64,000 nt of DNA, from positions 81,291,912 to 81,355,911 of the forward strand of contig NC_057718.1 of assembly GCF_004010195.1 (NCBI RefSeq), written 5' to 3'. Below are positions 13,661-27,065 of the stretch, piece after piece. The notes beneath the pieces were generated by a model. It saw only the letters and a list, made by a program, of their open reading frames with translations. It was not told the origin of the DNA and did not search any database. This stretch comes from Chiloscyllium plagiosum (Eukaryota). Position numbers and translations under genes: made by a program. Position 1 is the first letter of the stretch; every line of letters starts with the position of its first letter.

Positions 13661-15544
13661 GGTGTGGAATGTAAGATCATTATTTGGCCAGTTGCATTGT
13701 GTTTTTCCAAGAGTATGACATTTTTTTAAGCATTTATCATGGTGTTAGAAAAAGCTATCTGTATGAAGAACGTGTCTCCTGCAATGTTTTATCGTTTACA
13801 ATGTACCAAGTGGGGAGAATTCCATTAAAGACCATCAAGGATGTTGACACGATTGTAGGAAATTTTGGATCACCAATACCCACCTTCAAATTAAAAAGCA
13901 GAATTCTTTTAATGGAGCAGTCATTTTAATAAACGGTCACCATCTCACAATATGTTGGATAAAATGGGTTTTGGTTGCTATGATTTAAAAACAGATTTGT
14001 GAATGAACTCCTTACTACTTAATGGTGTTCATACGCGAGGAATAGCAATGTCCTTTAAGTATTGAGTTTTATTATTTTCTGCTTCAGGATTATATTCAGG
14101 TACTAAAATTTAATTCTGATGCTTACATTTAGAGGGAAGTATTCCAAATGAAAAAGTTCTGAACCGTCTCTGGTTCTCAATGATATCCTGCTAATATTTT
14201 AGAATTATCTTAAGAAACGCTGTGTATATTACAGCATTTATTACTTTCATTCAGTGGTGCCTACCTTTCCTTTCTATTAGGGTGGACACAATAATTTATA
14301 ACAGCAAAGTTGTTATTATTAGGTTAAGGATAATTTCTCCTAATTGTGCTTATTTCCATAAATTATCACTGTAATTTGACCAAGTATTAATAGTATATAA
14401 TTTATGGTCCCAGGAGTTGACACATAACTGAGAAATCAATATTTTATACAAATCAAAGAGTCATGGTAGTAATTTTAGGATTGATTAAATACACATGGGT
14501 GTAAAATATTCATTTTTCTTGACTATCAACTTATTAATGAGCTGAAGGAGCCTAAATGGATTAGACTCCAGGGAATATAACAAGTCACATCACAGTCCAG
14601 TGCAGTCCCTGTATCATTTGTCACCAACATCATGCAGAGCCCTGCGGAGGAGTACCATCTCATGAGATGTCAGAGCAGCATTTTGTCCAGAACTTTGGTT
14701 GGGCTTCAGTCTCCCTACTGAATTATTATCAGAATTCAGTGCAATCATTTCGGACAGCACTTTCCAATTGCTAAGTGCTCTGTAGTAGTGAGATTAGGTG
14801 GACGAGAGAAAATTAAATCCTGTGACAAGAAAGATTATACCCTGCATCCTTGCAATTTAGTTTTGGCCATACCACACAGTCACTTACAATGTGCAAATGA
14901 AAATTTTAATTTCACCTATAAAATTATCTGAAAATGTTGGTTTATAAATTCAAAATGGAACTGAAAGCTTACATTTAACCCCAATTTCAAAACATTTATA
15001 TTCCTGAATAATTGAATCTTTAATTTTTCAACTGGGGTATAATTAAATCTTAAGGCAAAGGATTATGTTTTAAAACAAATTAACTGGGGTGAAAAATTAT
15101 AATTTAACAATCATAATAATTCGGGTAGAAGTAAAATATGGTTACTTTAAATGAATGGTTTGTCATATACACAGATTAAATCAGGCTTATGACATATCTC
15201 TTGTGGGAAATATTGCATCGTGGATTATTTGAAGTAGTAATTTGTGTGGATGTGATGGAAGCACATTAAAAAGGTTTGGACATATGAATGCATGCATTTC
15301 ATCTTAAACTTGGTGATGCATGTTAATGCTTCCATGTCTTGTACTATTAAGATCATCTTTCCATTACCTGTGACCATGGAAATTGGAAAAAGATTCCAAG
15401 CACAGGTTATATTGTCATGGGTTACTCCTGTGGGATTTGTTTTATGTGATCAAAGGATACCATAGGTAGTAGCATCGAAAAATGGTGTTTGTTCATCTTT
15501 TCAGTGGAGCTAGAATTAATTGGGCACAAAGAAATCATAAATAA

Positions 15545-15620
15545 GAAAACTGACTTCTGTTTTGCTTTTGATCTTTAATACCATTCTTTAACACCTTTCT
15601 TTGGCCTGTTGGTGTTACAG
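15545..15620 (+). promoter_or_regulatory. 3' splice site region of the QKI exon (branch-point candidates, pyrimidine tract, AG)
   Basis: Candidate branch points ctgac, tttaat and cttaac; T/C-rich tract; AG at 15619-15620. Confidence 0.8.
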
Positions 15621-15764
15621 GAGGAACAAAATAGAGGCAAACCCAACTGGGAACACCTAAATGAAGACTTGCATGTATTAATCACTGTGGAAGATGCTCA
15701 GAACAGAGCAGAAATAAAACTAAAGAGGGCAGTGGAGGAAGTTAAAAAGTTGCTTGTACCAGCG
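15621..15764 (+). CDS. QKI: QKI (quaking, STAR/KH RNA-binding protein) internal coding exon, 144 nt, phase 0/0, equivalent to human exon 4
   Basis: Translates as [48 protein letters not shown] (48 aa), matching the vertebrate QKI KH-domain sequence as I recall it. Preceded by a pyrimidine tract and ttacag acceptor, followed by a GCG|gtaagt donor. Paralog assignment not tested. Confidence 0.95.
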
Positions 15765-15959
15765 GTAAGTACCTTCAATAACAGGTTCTGATTTCCCCCA
15801 TGTAACTTATTTAATCTACTTGCTCAAAATCACAAGCAGTTGACAAAAATGTACAACCAAGAATTCTATAAAAGGGAGGTTTTTATTTGCTCTCATGTTA
15901 GGTTTTTTTCCACTTGTCGCTGAAGGGCATTGTTTACTTGTCAGGTTATCTAAGATTAC

Positions 15960-16730
15960 ATAGAGATCTTGATAAGTTAGATCAGTGGCCTTACAAATGG
16001 CAAATGGAGTTTAATTTGGATAAATGAGGTATTGCATTTTGGTAATTCTAACAAGGACAGGACTTAAACAATTATCGGTAGGGCCCTGGGTAATGCTGTA
16101 GAACAGAGAGATCGAGGGGTTCAGGTACATAATTCTTTTGAAGTTGTGTCACGGGGTGTTGGATTTGGGGCATCATGTTGAAGTTGTACAGAATGTTGGT
16201 GAGGCCTCTTCTGGAGTGCTGTGTGCAGTTCCGGTTGTCCTGTTATAACAAGGGTATTATTAAACTGGAGAGGGTTCAGAGAAAATTTAGTAGGATTTTG
16301 CAGGGAATGGGGGCATTAGAGAAATAAAAATAGACTGAAAAGACTGGAACTTCTTTCACTGGAATATAGGAGGTTGAGGGGTGACCTTATTGAAGTTTAT
16401 AAAATCATATGGGGCAGAGATAAGGTGAATGACAAGGATCTTTTCCCTAGGTTGGAGGAGTTTAAAACAAGGACATAGTTTTAAGGTGAGAGGAGAAAGA
16501 TTTAAAAAAGGACATGAGGGGCAACTTTGTTTTTACACAGAGGGTGCTTCATGTGTGGAATGAACTGCTAAAGAACGTGGCAGATGCAGGTACAGTTATG
16601 ACATTTAAAAGGCATTTGCATAAATTCATGAATTGGAATATGCCAAGTGCCGGCTATTGCATTTGGAACATGGTCAGCGTGGACTGATTGGACCCAAGGG
16701 TTTGTTTCCATGCTGCATGACTATGACTGT
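15960..16730 (+). mobile_element. CR1 LINE 3' end, about 200 nt downstream of the QKI exon
   Basis: LVRPLLECCVQF, LRGDLIEVYKI and the CR1 3' tail ending in atgactatgact. Confidence 0.85.
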
Positions 16731-18064
16731 ACCCAACAGTTGGAAATTTTGACAACAAATGTTTGTAAGTTAGCTTGTTGGTATCAGAGGTGAGCATAAA
16801 AATATAACATTTAGAAACCGGCTTGTATTTAAAACATTATCAACTTATGACACCACTTTTAATGAAATGTCAATTTGTCTTTGCAATCCACAAAACCCAC
16901 TCTGTTCCTGCAAACAGTTCCATTTGCATAAAATGAAATTGTCAGAAAGGCAGAAAGATAATAGTCACTTTATATGCGTAAAACATGATGCCTAAGTGCC
17001 CAGAAAGTTAGGAGGTAAGTGGTGCTCATTCTGTGGCCAAAGTGTCACATCGTATGGCATGTACCTTACGTGAGTGTAGGTATGGAATGATACAGGTTTG
17101 ATCCATTGCATAGGCAGATTACCTGCTTTGGTCCATATCTTCAGATCAGCAGCCAAACTTCAAGGAACCATTTAAAACTCTCATTTGAAAGACATGTCTA
17201 AGACTTTTGGCTTTGCTTATTGTGTTTGTTATTATGACTACGTGTAGAGGGGGACTTTTCTTCCCTTTATTAATCCCTTCCTGGTTGGTCACAGCAAATA
17301 CTTTTATTTCTTTTTAGCACAAAGCTATCACACTTCAGCTGGACGACAGTTCACAAGAAAATGAAAGAGTTAATTACCAAGTTCTCTTGAGTGAAAAAAG
17401 GGGAATTTTATTCTCTACTAAATCCATGAAAATGGAATAAAAACATAATGTCAAACATACAAACAAACTCAAAATGAAAAGTTAAAAAGTGTGTGTGTCT
17501 GGTGCAGCAGAGTAGGATAAAGGCTATACAGTTTGAGCTTTCAGTCTTGAGTTAAATGTTCAACCTGAGACACAGTTGATTTAGTTATTGACTAGTACCC
17601 TAAGCAATGCTGAATTTTGTAGATATCCTTGTGTTCTTGCAAAGTGGTTGTTTCCCCAATTTACTTTCTCAATGGGGCCTTTTTTTTTGAATGCTGATGA
17701 AAAGAGGCAGGGTGAGAGATTCTTGCTTACAAATTCATTTCCATTATCTCTGTTCTGATGCTGAACCATTGCTCAGTGTGTAATCCCAAGTCTGTACATT
17801 GTTTTTCCAAGTTGGCTGACTGGCAGTCATGGATCTCATCTCTGAATATGTAAAATTATCAACTAATGTGAGTTAAAACACAAGTTGTAAATGTTTTGAT
17901 GCTGACTTGGTTGCCTGGTTTCAATGTCTATAGATTCAAATCACACTTTTAGTGTAGGCAGTTTTGTTTATTCCATAAAGTTTGAGGAAAACTTTGTGAG
18001 GCTTATGATCAGATGACCACTACAGCCATTTTAGGTCCATGTTTCTTCCTTTCTAGAAACTGTA

Positions 18065-18604
18065 ATGTGGAGGTGCCACTGTTGGACAAAGTTAAAATTC
18101 TCACAATGTCAGATAATAGTCCAACAGGTTTATTTGGAAGTACAAGCTTTCAGAGTGCTGCTCCTTTGTCAGGTAGCAAGTGAGGCAGGATCATAGGACA
18201 CAGAATTTATAGTACAAGGTCATAGTGTCTTACAACTGATGCAATGTATTGAGCAAAGCTAGATTGCTGTTAAATCTTTAATCACTTAGAATGGGGTTGC
18301 AGGTTTTGATTCATTAATATGTAAATCCCAGAACTTCCTTCAAGTCCCATTCCCAAGATCTAAAAGAAGTTCTGGGATTTACATATTAATGCATCAAAGC
18401 TTGCAACCCCATTCTAAGTGATTAAAGGCTTACCAGCAATCTCGGTTAGTTCAATATATCGCATCAGTTATATGACACTTTGATCTTTTACTATAAATTC
18501 CATGTCCTATGATCGTGCCCCACTAACTACCTGAGCAGCACTCTGAAAGCTTGTACTTCTACATAAAACTGTTGGACTGCAACATGGTGTGATTTTTAAC
18601 TTTG
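18065..18604. mobile_element. Penelope-derived element made of two inverted terminal repeats (about 250-bp arms)
   Basis: 18087-18340 is the imperfect reverse complement of 18363-18604; the arms carry hammerhead-like motifs ending in gaaagctt. Confidence 0.75.
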
Positions 18605-18855
18605 TAAAAACTGTTTAAGATCTTGGGTTTAATGATCAGATTTGATAGTCCATATTTGTCACTGGCATAAAATGCGAATGTCCTCCAATCCACGTTAAAA
18701 CTGTGGGTTGATGGCAGTCGCCACTGTTTCTACACCAGTCATGAGTGGGCATTTGAGTTGACCTATTAGGCTGCCCAACCCATGATCAGTGACCTACCCA
18801 TAGGGCCATGACCGACACCACAGCTTACCCGCTCTGCCTTAATGTTGACAAAGCG

Positions 18856-19092
18856 AAAAGTCACACAATAAATGGACTTAACAGCAATCTAGATTTGTTC
18901 ACTATATCACATCAGTTGTATGACACTTTGATCTTTTACTATTAATTCTGTGCCCTATGACCCTGCCCCATTAGCAAGGACGAAGGAGCAGAGCTCTGAA
19001 AGCTTGTAATTCCCAATAAACCTGTTGGACAATAACCTGGTGTTGTGATTTTAACTTTTTCCACCCCAGTTCAACACCGGCACCTCCACATT
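18856..19092 (+). mobile_element. Truncated copy of the 18065-18604 Penelope terminal-repeat family
   Basis: gacgaaggagcagagctctgaaagcttg...accccagttcaacaccggcacctccaca. Confidence 0.7.
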
Positions 19093-21079
19093 ACTGTTGA
19101 GACAGCTCAATTTGCTCTGGTCCTGCAGCAGCCCCGTTGGGTACAGCATGAAATGACACCCCGATTTAGGTTCAATGCAATTTCAGTTCAGTTCATTCTC
19201 AAGGTCAATGAGTTGCTTAGTCAGCAGCAAGCTTTTTTTTATGGATACCACTTATCAATTGGTTGAGGTTTAGCAGCAGTCATGTTTGTGTGAGCTATTT
19301 TATTAATTGGAGGAAAATTTAAAAATAAAGCTGACAGGGGAAAACTTGCAATGAAATTGCTGTTCCAATGATTGGGATTTATCTGGTTCTTCAATGATTT
19401 TAAAACGAAGCTGAATTGAATTTAAGGGAAAATCTGAATGTAATTTGATTCCACTTGTTTTAATTTATGGGTGGAATTGATACGTCGAAAACTAATGTTG
19501 TACAGTTTAATTTCTGAAACTACCTACCCTGTAAAATACATTAAAGTAACTCCAGTTAAGGGTTTAAGATTTTGCTCTAGCTATAAAGACTAATTAGCTC
19601 TGTTAACTTGTGACTGGATTTTTAATTTAGTCTAATGTTTTGTGGGAGGAATTGTTATGAATACTGTACTGCTACCTTTGAAATTAAAATCAGATTTTCA
19701 GTTAATAACAAAGAATAATGTAACAAACTTTCACAACTTAAGATGCTTACTCTAATAAAAGACTCAAAGCACTACTAAATATTTAGGTAATTTACCCTTT
19801 AAATCACAAAACAGAATACAGGTAATTAAGTAGACACTTAATTTTATTATTGGTCCAAAATAATTCTTATCTCCCAATAGTTCACTTATGTGATTTTTCT
19901 TTCTCAACCACATGATTTCTAACCGAGAACTGCCTGTCACAGTAAGAATATTCCCAGAGATTTTTACTTTTGTCAAGTAGGGCACATTTCCCTGCTTTGG
20001 TTAACACGACAAATATCATCTTTTCAATCTGAGACAAGCATCCACTTACGTTTAGACACTGAACCATAGAAACTTTGGGCCTCGACCTATCTCTGTTTCA
20101 GACCTGAGCATATCATCTTGTCTGTGCTCTGCAAGGATATTTTATGAAAGTCTGGAACCCAATATTACAGTGTACCTTCCCATTCCAAAACCCATCTCCT
20201 TAATATCATGAATCAAAGGAGCCCTATATCAAAAGAAATTAATTATCTTTCTTGGGAGCCAAATTTTCTTTAAAGATGGAACTAAACATTTGAAAACAAA
20301 CGATTTATAACTTTACATTCTCAACAACTTTCTGAGATTTTGGAGACCATTGATCCACTGCTGCCAAGTGGAAATATTTTGTATCTTATTCCCAATGAAT
20401 CAATCTGGGCTCCTTTTGTACTTTCACAATCTAACCACAGAGGCATATTTCACAGACATCTCATGGAGCCTTCATTTTATTCTAAATGTGAAGAGACAGC
20501 CCCGAAACAGTATCATCTCATCTGTTTCCTGATTGAAACAGAATTAGGTTATTTTATGAAGGTTCGTAAAATGTTATTTAGAAATTTGGGTTTGAAATTG
20601 GATAGAGCCATGTGTAGCTTTGTGAAGAAGAAAGTAGCTTAGTTTAATTTCATTTAATGCATTTGATCCTATGATGCAGTGAGACAGAAGCAATCCTTTT
20701 GGTAAGAGATAACCAGCCAGCTGTTAGTGAGTAAGCAAGTTTTTTCCATAGAGAAAAGCACTCATTCAGGGAGAAAAGGCCTGTTGACATTGGTTGTACA
20801 ATTTAACAGTCCCCAGAACAGACGGGGTAGATGAAAGGATGTCCTTGGTGGCTTAGAAGTTAGCAAAAACTTCCAGAAACAGAAGGCTTTAAGGTGTCAG
20901 AGAGGAAGACCTCTGACAGCACAATTAAATGCATGCATTTAAGGAGCATGTGTTAAGGAATAAGCAAACTGTGCTAGTTAGTTAAGGGGCTCGCGAGGAA
21001 AGATTAACTAGAAAAGACAGCATTGAGTGATTGAAGATGTTTGCTGGAAGGAAAGAAAGTACAACCTTTAGCACCTGAC

Positions 21080-21840
21080 AAGAAAGTAAAGTGATGGAAA
21101 GTGTCATCAAAAATGCTATCAAGCACCATCTGCTCAGCAATAAACTGTTCAGTAACATCCAGTTTGGGTTCACCCAGGACCACTTCGCTCCTGACCTGAT
21201 TGCAGCCTTGGTTCAAATGTAGACAAACGAGCTGAATTCCAGAGTTGAGGTAAGAGTGACATCCCCTGGCATCAAAGAAAATTTGAATTAATGGCTTTCA
21301 GGGGGCAAACTCTCTGCTGGCACACAGGAAGATAGTTGCGGTTGCTGGTGGTCAATCATCTCAGCTCCAGGATATCTCTACAGGAGTTCCTCAGGATAAT
21401 GTCCCAGGCTCAACCATCTTCAACTGCTTCATTAATGACCTTCTCTCTATCAGAAGGTCAGAAGTGGGGATGATCACTAATGATTGCATCATGTTTTGCA
21501 CTATTTGTGACTCCTTCGATACCCAACTGGTCTATGCTGAAATTCAACAAGATCTGGATAATAACCAGGCTAGAGCTGACAAATGGCAAATAACACAATG
21601 CCAACAAATGACAATATCCAATAAGGGACAACCTGACCCCTGCCATTTGACATTTACTGAATTCCCCCACTATCAACATTCTGGAGGTGTCCATTGACCA
21701 GAAATTCAACTGGACTCACCACATAAACACAGTGACTACAAGAGCAGGTCAGAAGGTAGGAAAACTGTGTTGTGTAACTCATTTCCTGACTCCCCAAGGC
21801 CTATCCAGCATCTATAAGGCACAAGTTAGGAGTGAATACT
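21080..21840 (+). mobile_element. Decayed non-LTR retrotransposon RT fragment (L2/CR1 group)
   Basis: QFGF..DH, GVPQDNV.GSTIFNCFINDL, DDC-like RT motifs. Confidence 0.75.
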
Positions 21841-21844
21841 TGAG

Positions 21845-22150
21845 ATCATTCAGTCCATCAAGTCTGCACTGACCCTCCAAACAGTGTCCACCCAGACCCA
21901 ACCCCCTCAACTCTGGACTTATCATGGCTAACCCACTTAGCCTGTTCATACCTGGGCATTGTGGGGCAAATTACCATGGCCAATCTACCTAACTTGCACA
22001 TCTTTGGACTACGGCACAAAACTGGAGCATCTGGTGGAAACCCATGTAGAAACAAAACATGCAAGCTCCACACAGACAGTGACCCAAGACTGGAATTGAA
22101 CCTAGATCCCTAACGCTGTGAGGTTGCAATGTTAACCATTGAGCTGCCGT
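21845..22150 (-). mobile_element. HE1-like SINE
   Basis: Reverse complement of the V-SINE core and tRNA-like head. Confidence 0.8.
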
Positions 22151-22309
22151 GTCGTCCTGTGACATGTTGAGTACACGTTGATTCTGTCTTGTTCTATCAA
22201 TATTTTCTAACTATTCTGTTATCATATTCATTATAATATATTTTCACAACTATCTTTATGCATATCTATCTATTTGGATAGATGGAACTTTTAATACCAC
22301 ATACGGGAT

Positions 22310-23720
22310 CCTAGACTTTGTAAATCATGGCATAGACCATAAGAACAGGAATGTTAAGATGAATTTATCTAAGAAGTTGGTTATACCTTAAGTGGTGGTC
22401 TGGGCATCATGCTATAGAAAAGATATTAATGCATTCGAAAGAATGCAGAAAAGGTTTACAAGAATGGTTCCAGGAATGAGACATGTCAGTCACAACCTCT
22501 CCAATCTTTCCTCGCTATTATTTGGAGAGATAAACTCTGAGGAGATTTGACACAAGACAGGTATGGATATGGTGTGTACAAGGAGAAAATTCCCACTGAT
22601 AAACTAATCGTGAATCAGAGGGCGCAACTTAAAATTATTTGAAAATAAAGAAAATGTGAAGTGAAAAGAATATTTTTCACACAACAAGGTAGTTAAGGAA
22701 TGCATTGCCTGGACGAAGGAGGCAGGTTCAAGTGAGACATTCAAGAGAACGTTGGATAATTACTTACATAGGAAGCATGTGCAGAGTTATAGAGATTGGC
22801 ACAAATTTAAAGTTCTCAAAGAGCCAGCACAGACTGTGCCATACAATTCTGTGACATACTGTCTTTTCCTCCAAACTAGATAACTTTACACATTCACATT
22901 TTATTGTCTTCATCCTGTTCAAACTATTTCACATATCCTATCCAAATCCTCTTTGCATCCTCCTTGCAACTAAAATGCCTACCTAGTTTGGTGTCATCAG
23001 CAAATTTGGGAATATTGCATTGACCCCCACATTCACATCAATTATATTGGTTATGAAGAACTATTGCCCCAGCACCTATCTTACAGTATTCCACTGATTC
23101 CATTCTGCAAATGACTTCTTATTCAGCTTCTTCTCTCTTCTCAATTCATAATGTAACTCATGCACTCTAATTTTGTTTACTGACATCTTGTGTGAAGCCT
23201 CCTGAAAATATGCCACATTCATGTTTTTCTTTATCTATGCTATGTTGTCAAGAAAACTATCTAACAGATTTGTCAAACATGATTTCAGTTTTATAAATCC
23301 AGTTCCACCATTATTTATATTCATTGTAATAGGTTCATGAAAATGTTAGAATCTAACGGGTCTGTATATCTCTATTCTCCCTCTCTCTCCCTTCTTAAAT
23401 AGTGCGAATGTTAGCTCTTACCAGTTTGTAGGAATCTTTCCACATCAGTGAAGATTTGAAAGATAACTACCAATGCACCCACTATCTCTCTAGCCACCTC
23501 CTTCAATATACTTTGGCATGTAGCTTTTTCAGTTTAAAAGACTTAAGATCCAGTTCATTTTTAAAGTATTACCTCTTTATTAACACTAATCTCTTTCAAT
23601 TCCAAAGTTTCACAACTCCCTTGGAATCAAATTCTAATATTTCTGGAAATTTATTGGAGCATTGGAAGATTAAGATCGGTACGTCTGCAATTTCCACCCT
23701 TATTTCCCTCAGAATTCAGG
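22310..23720. mobile_element. Old CR1 fragments (+ strand 22310-22850, - strand 22870-23720)
   Basis: RMQKRFTRMVPG on +; KFADDTKL on -. Confidence 0.7.
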
Positions 23721-24274
23721 AATGCAGCTAAACCTGGCAATACAGCCAGCCTTTTAACCTCTTCAATTGTTGGTTGTTGCAGTATCTGAACTACATACTC
23801 TTTCACTGTGACTTTGGCAGCACATTCAAAATACAGATTGGAAATCTTTTATCCAAACCTATCTGAAATCTCCCATTCTCCAATCTTCCTTGATCTCCAG
23901 CCTCTGCTGTTCACTCCTGATCTGCCAGAAGCTTTCCCCCACCCCACCTCACAGCATCTCAAGTGGCAGGCTCGGCCAAGAATCTTGATTCCCCTCCCCA
24001 AATATTTCAACCAAAATCCCCAATCAGCAACTTGCTAAAGCCAAATTGAAGAGATATCTTGCCAGTACTGCTTGTCATTTCTGGTTGAGTTCCTGTGTGC
24101 ACAATGACTGCTCTACTCAGAATGTATCTGCAAACTCTGAAAGCAGGATCCAGAAAGTTCTGGAATACGAGAGACCCTGGGAAGCCCGAGCCTGGGATAT
24201 AAGGCATCAATCCAAATTGTGCGAAGTCAAAGAAAATCTAGAAGGATTGCTCACCACAGAGCTGTAGAGTAGAC

Positions 24275-24660
24275 AACACTCTTGCTTCTTAGTGCAAGGT
24301 TCTGGGTTCAAGTTGTGCTTCAGAACACAAAGGAGATACTCAGTTGCAGTACTGAATGACGAAGATCTGCACTATTAGAATGAGACAATAAACTGAGGTT
24401 ATATCTGCCCTTTGGACAGATGTAAAAGATCCCATTATGCTATTTAGAAAATTACAGGGAGTTATCTCCAGTATTTTGGCCAATATTTATTCCTTAGTTA
24501 GCTTACAAAAACAGATTATCAGGTCACTATTACATTGTTATGGAATAGTTTCCAAAATTAGTTGCCATGTTTTCTAAATTTCAATGGTAACTACACTTGG
24601 GTGTGTACTTTACTGGCTGTAAGGTGTTTGAAGATATCTGGTGGTTATGTAAAACACTGA
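24275..24660 (+). mobile_element. DeuSINE-like element (resembles SacSINE1 / the AmnSINE Deu domain)
   Basis: gatgtaaaagatccca...gggagttatctccagtattttggccaatatttat resembles the Deu-domain consensus from memory; tRNA-like gggttcaag head. Confidence 0.65.
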
Positions 24661-24899
24661 AGTCAAAGAATTATATAGGCATTTGAGTGGTGTGGGCTGT
24701 GGCGAAATCTGTGGCACTATGAAAGTGCAGCGAGGCTTATCTCAATGTTTGGAGCAGCTTGAGCCATCCTTTATGCTTTTCAAAAGCAGCAGAGTGAAAT
24801 GCATGCTAGGCAGCAGTGAGTTTCCAGTAGACTGTTGTAATTGTTAAACGCTCAACTCAGCTCATTAATATTCAGCTTCCTATCCTCGTAAAATTTCAA

Positions 24900-27065
24900 A
24901 TTTAGTTTGAGGGAGATCAGATTGGGTCTCCAACAGTGTCTTCAACTTAAATAAGAGCTGTTACAGAGGATTGAAGAAAGAGTTGTTTGAAGCATGCTGG
25001 GAAAATAGACTAAGGGGAAAGTCAGTGGATGATCAGTGGCAAATATTTAAGCAAATTTTTCATAAAGCTCAACAAAAAATTAATTGTGTAAAAAAGGAGG
25101 ACACTGAAACATATGATCAACCCATTGTTAACAAAGACAATCGAGACATACAAAATGACAAAACCAAGTAGTGAGCAAGGTGATTGGGATTTTTTTAGGA
25201 ACCAGCAGCAGATGACTAAGGACTTAACAGAGGGAGAAAATTTATGAAAGTAATTGGTAAGAAATATAAAAACAAACAGAGCTTCTATAAGTATATAAAA
25301 AGAAAGTGGCTAAAGTACAGGATCTTTCGGGGATTCAACTGGGGAATTGATAACGGAAATTCAGATATTTTATTTTAGTCTTCATGATGGAGAACATTAT
25401 AAACATTGCAAAGTTAACAGATAAACAAAGTGCTAATGGAACAACGATCTTTTTATCATCTTTTTCAGGAGGGACCAAGTATTTGACAAACTAATAGGAT
25501 TAAAGTCACCAGGTTCTGAGGGTTTACATCCAAAGCTTTTAGAGATTTTTACAGAGACATTAGAGACATTGCAGAATTCTCTGGATTCACGGAAGTTTCC
25601 ATTCGAAAACACTAATGTGATGCCTGTTTAAGAAGAAAAGGAGACAGAAAGCAGAATATGTAGGCCTGTTCCTGGAGTTCATTATTAAGGAAGAAATAGC
25701 TGGACTTTTAGAAAAGCTTACGCAAACAGAGTCAACATAGTTCTATGAGAGAGAAATCATGCTCAACAACTTGCTATTGTTCTTTGAGGATGCAAAGAGC
25801 AGAGTTGATGAAAGCCATTCAGTCAGGGTTTTGCACAAGATAATTGCTCCTGTTATTGGGATAATATATTAGTATGAATTAAAGATTAATTAGCATGAAA
25901 CAGGTCTTTTTCAGATTGGAAAGAAGGAACTATTGAAGTCACACAAGGATCAATCTTAAGACTTCAATTATCTATTGTTTAAATGACTAAGCGGAAAAGG
26001 CAAAATGTACAGTATCCAAATTTGCTGCTGATGCAAAAACAAGTGGGAAGGCATGTTGCAATCAGGACATAGGAATCTGGAAGGCGATTTGAGTAGGTTG
26101 AGTAAGTGGCAAAATTTGAAAGATGTAGTTTAATGTAGAAAAGTGAGAGATTGTGCTTATTGGTATTATTAATCATAAAATAGACTAAATTTTAAATTGA
26201 GATTGCAAAAATTGCAGTGCAGAGATCCACATGTTCTTGTAAATGAGACGTAAAACATGCAGCTACAACACACTATTGAGATGGCAAATTGAATTTTGGT
26301 TCTTATTGCTTGGGTGTTAGAGTTTCAAACCAGCAAAATTTTGTTACAATTATACAAGTTGTTGGTGAGGCTGCATTTGGAGTAGTCTGTGTATATTTTG
26401 TCCCCATATCTAAAACAAAGAACTGTGAATGCTGAAAGTCAGAAATGAAGAAATTGCTGAGAAAACTCAGCTGATCTGCAGAAAGGTCACTGGACCCAAA
26501 AAATTAACTCTGCTTTCCCTCTACAGATGCTCCCAGACCTGCTGGGTTGTCTCAGCAATTTCTGTTTTCATATATAGGGGTATTGACATTGGAGACCATT
26601 CAAATGTGAATCACTAGGTTGATTCATGCAATGAATGGGTTGACTTATCAAGAACCGCTAAACAGGTTAGACTTTTATCCATTAGTGTTAAGAAGAATGA
26701 AGGGTGATCTTATTGAAACATCCAAGATTCAGAGGGGCTGTTCAAGATAGAAGTTGTAAAGATGTTTTCGCTCGTGGAGGTATCTCGAGCTAGGGGACGT
26801 AATTCCAAAATAAGGGGACAGTTATTTAAAACTGAGATGCCAATGAATTTCTTCTCACAGAGGAGAGTGAATTACTGGAATTTCCTATACCAGAGCATTG
26901 TGGAAGCAATATTATAAAGTATTTGAATAGGAAACAGATGGACCCTGAAAAATCAGGGACTTGATAGCTATGCTGAGCTGGCACAAAAGAGATGAGGCAT
27001 GGCATTGATCTTGTTAAATGATAGGAAAGTTTGAAGGCCCAGTTGGCCTACTCCTGCTCCAATTT
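24900..27065 (+). mobile_element. Long decayed CR1 ORF2 and 3' end, interrupted at about 26420-26570 by a short palindromic Penelope-like repeat
   Basis: Collinear CR1 ORF2 remnants (KSPGSEGLHP, KFAADAK, RMKGDLIET) and 3' tail ggcctactcctgctcc. Confidence 0.8.

Noticed and set aside
15609..15791. 60-aa ORF as a standalone gene
   Set aside because: Only 15621-15764 is coding; the ends are intronic sequence beyond the splice sites
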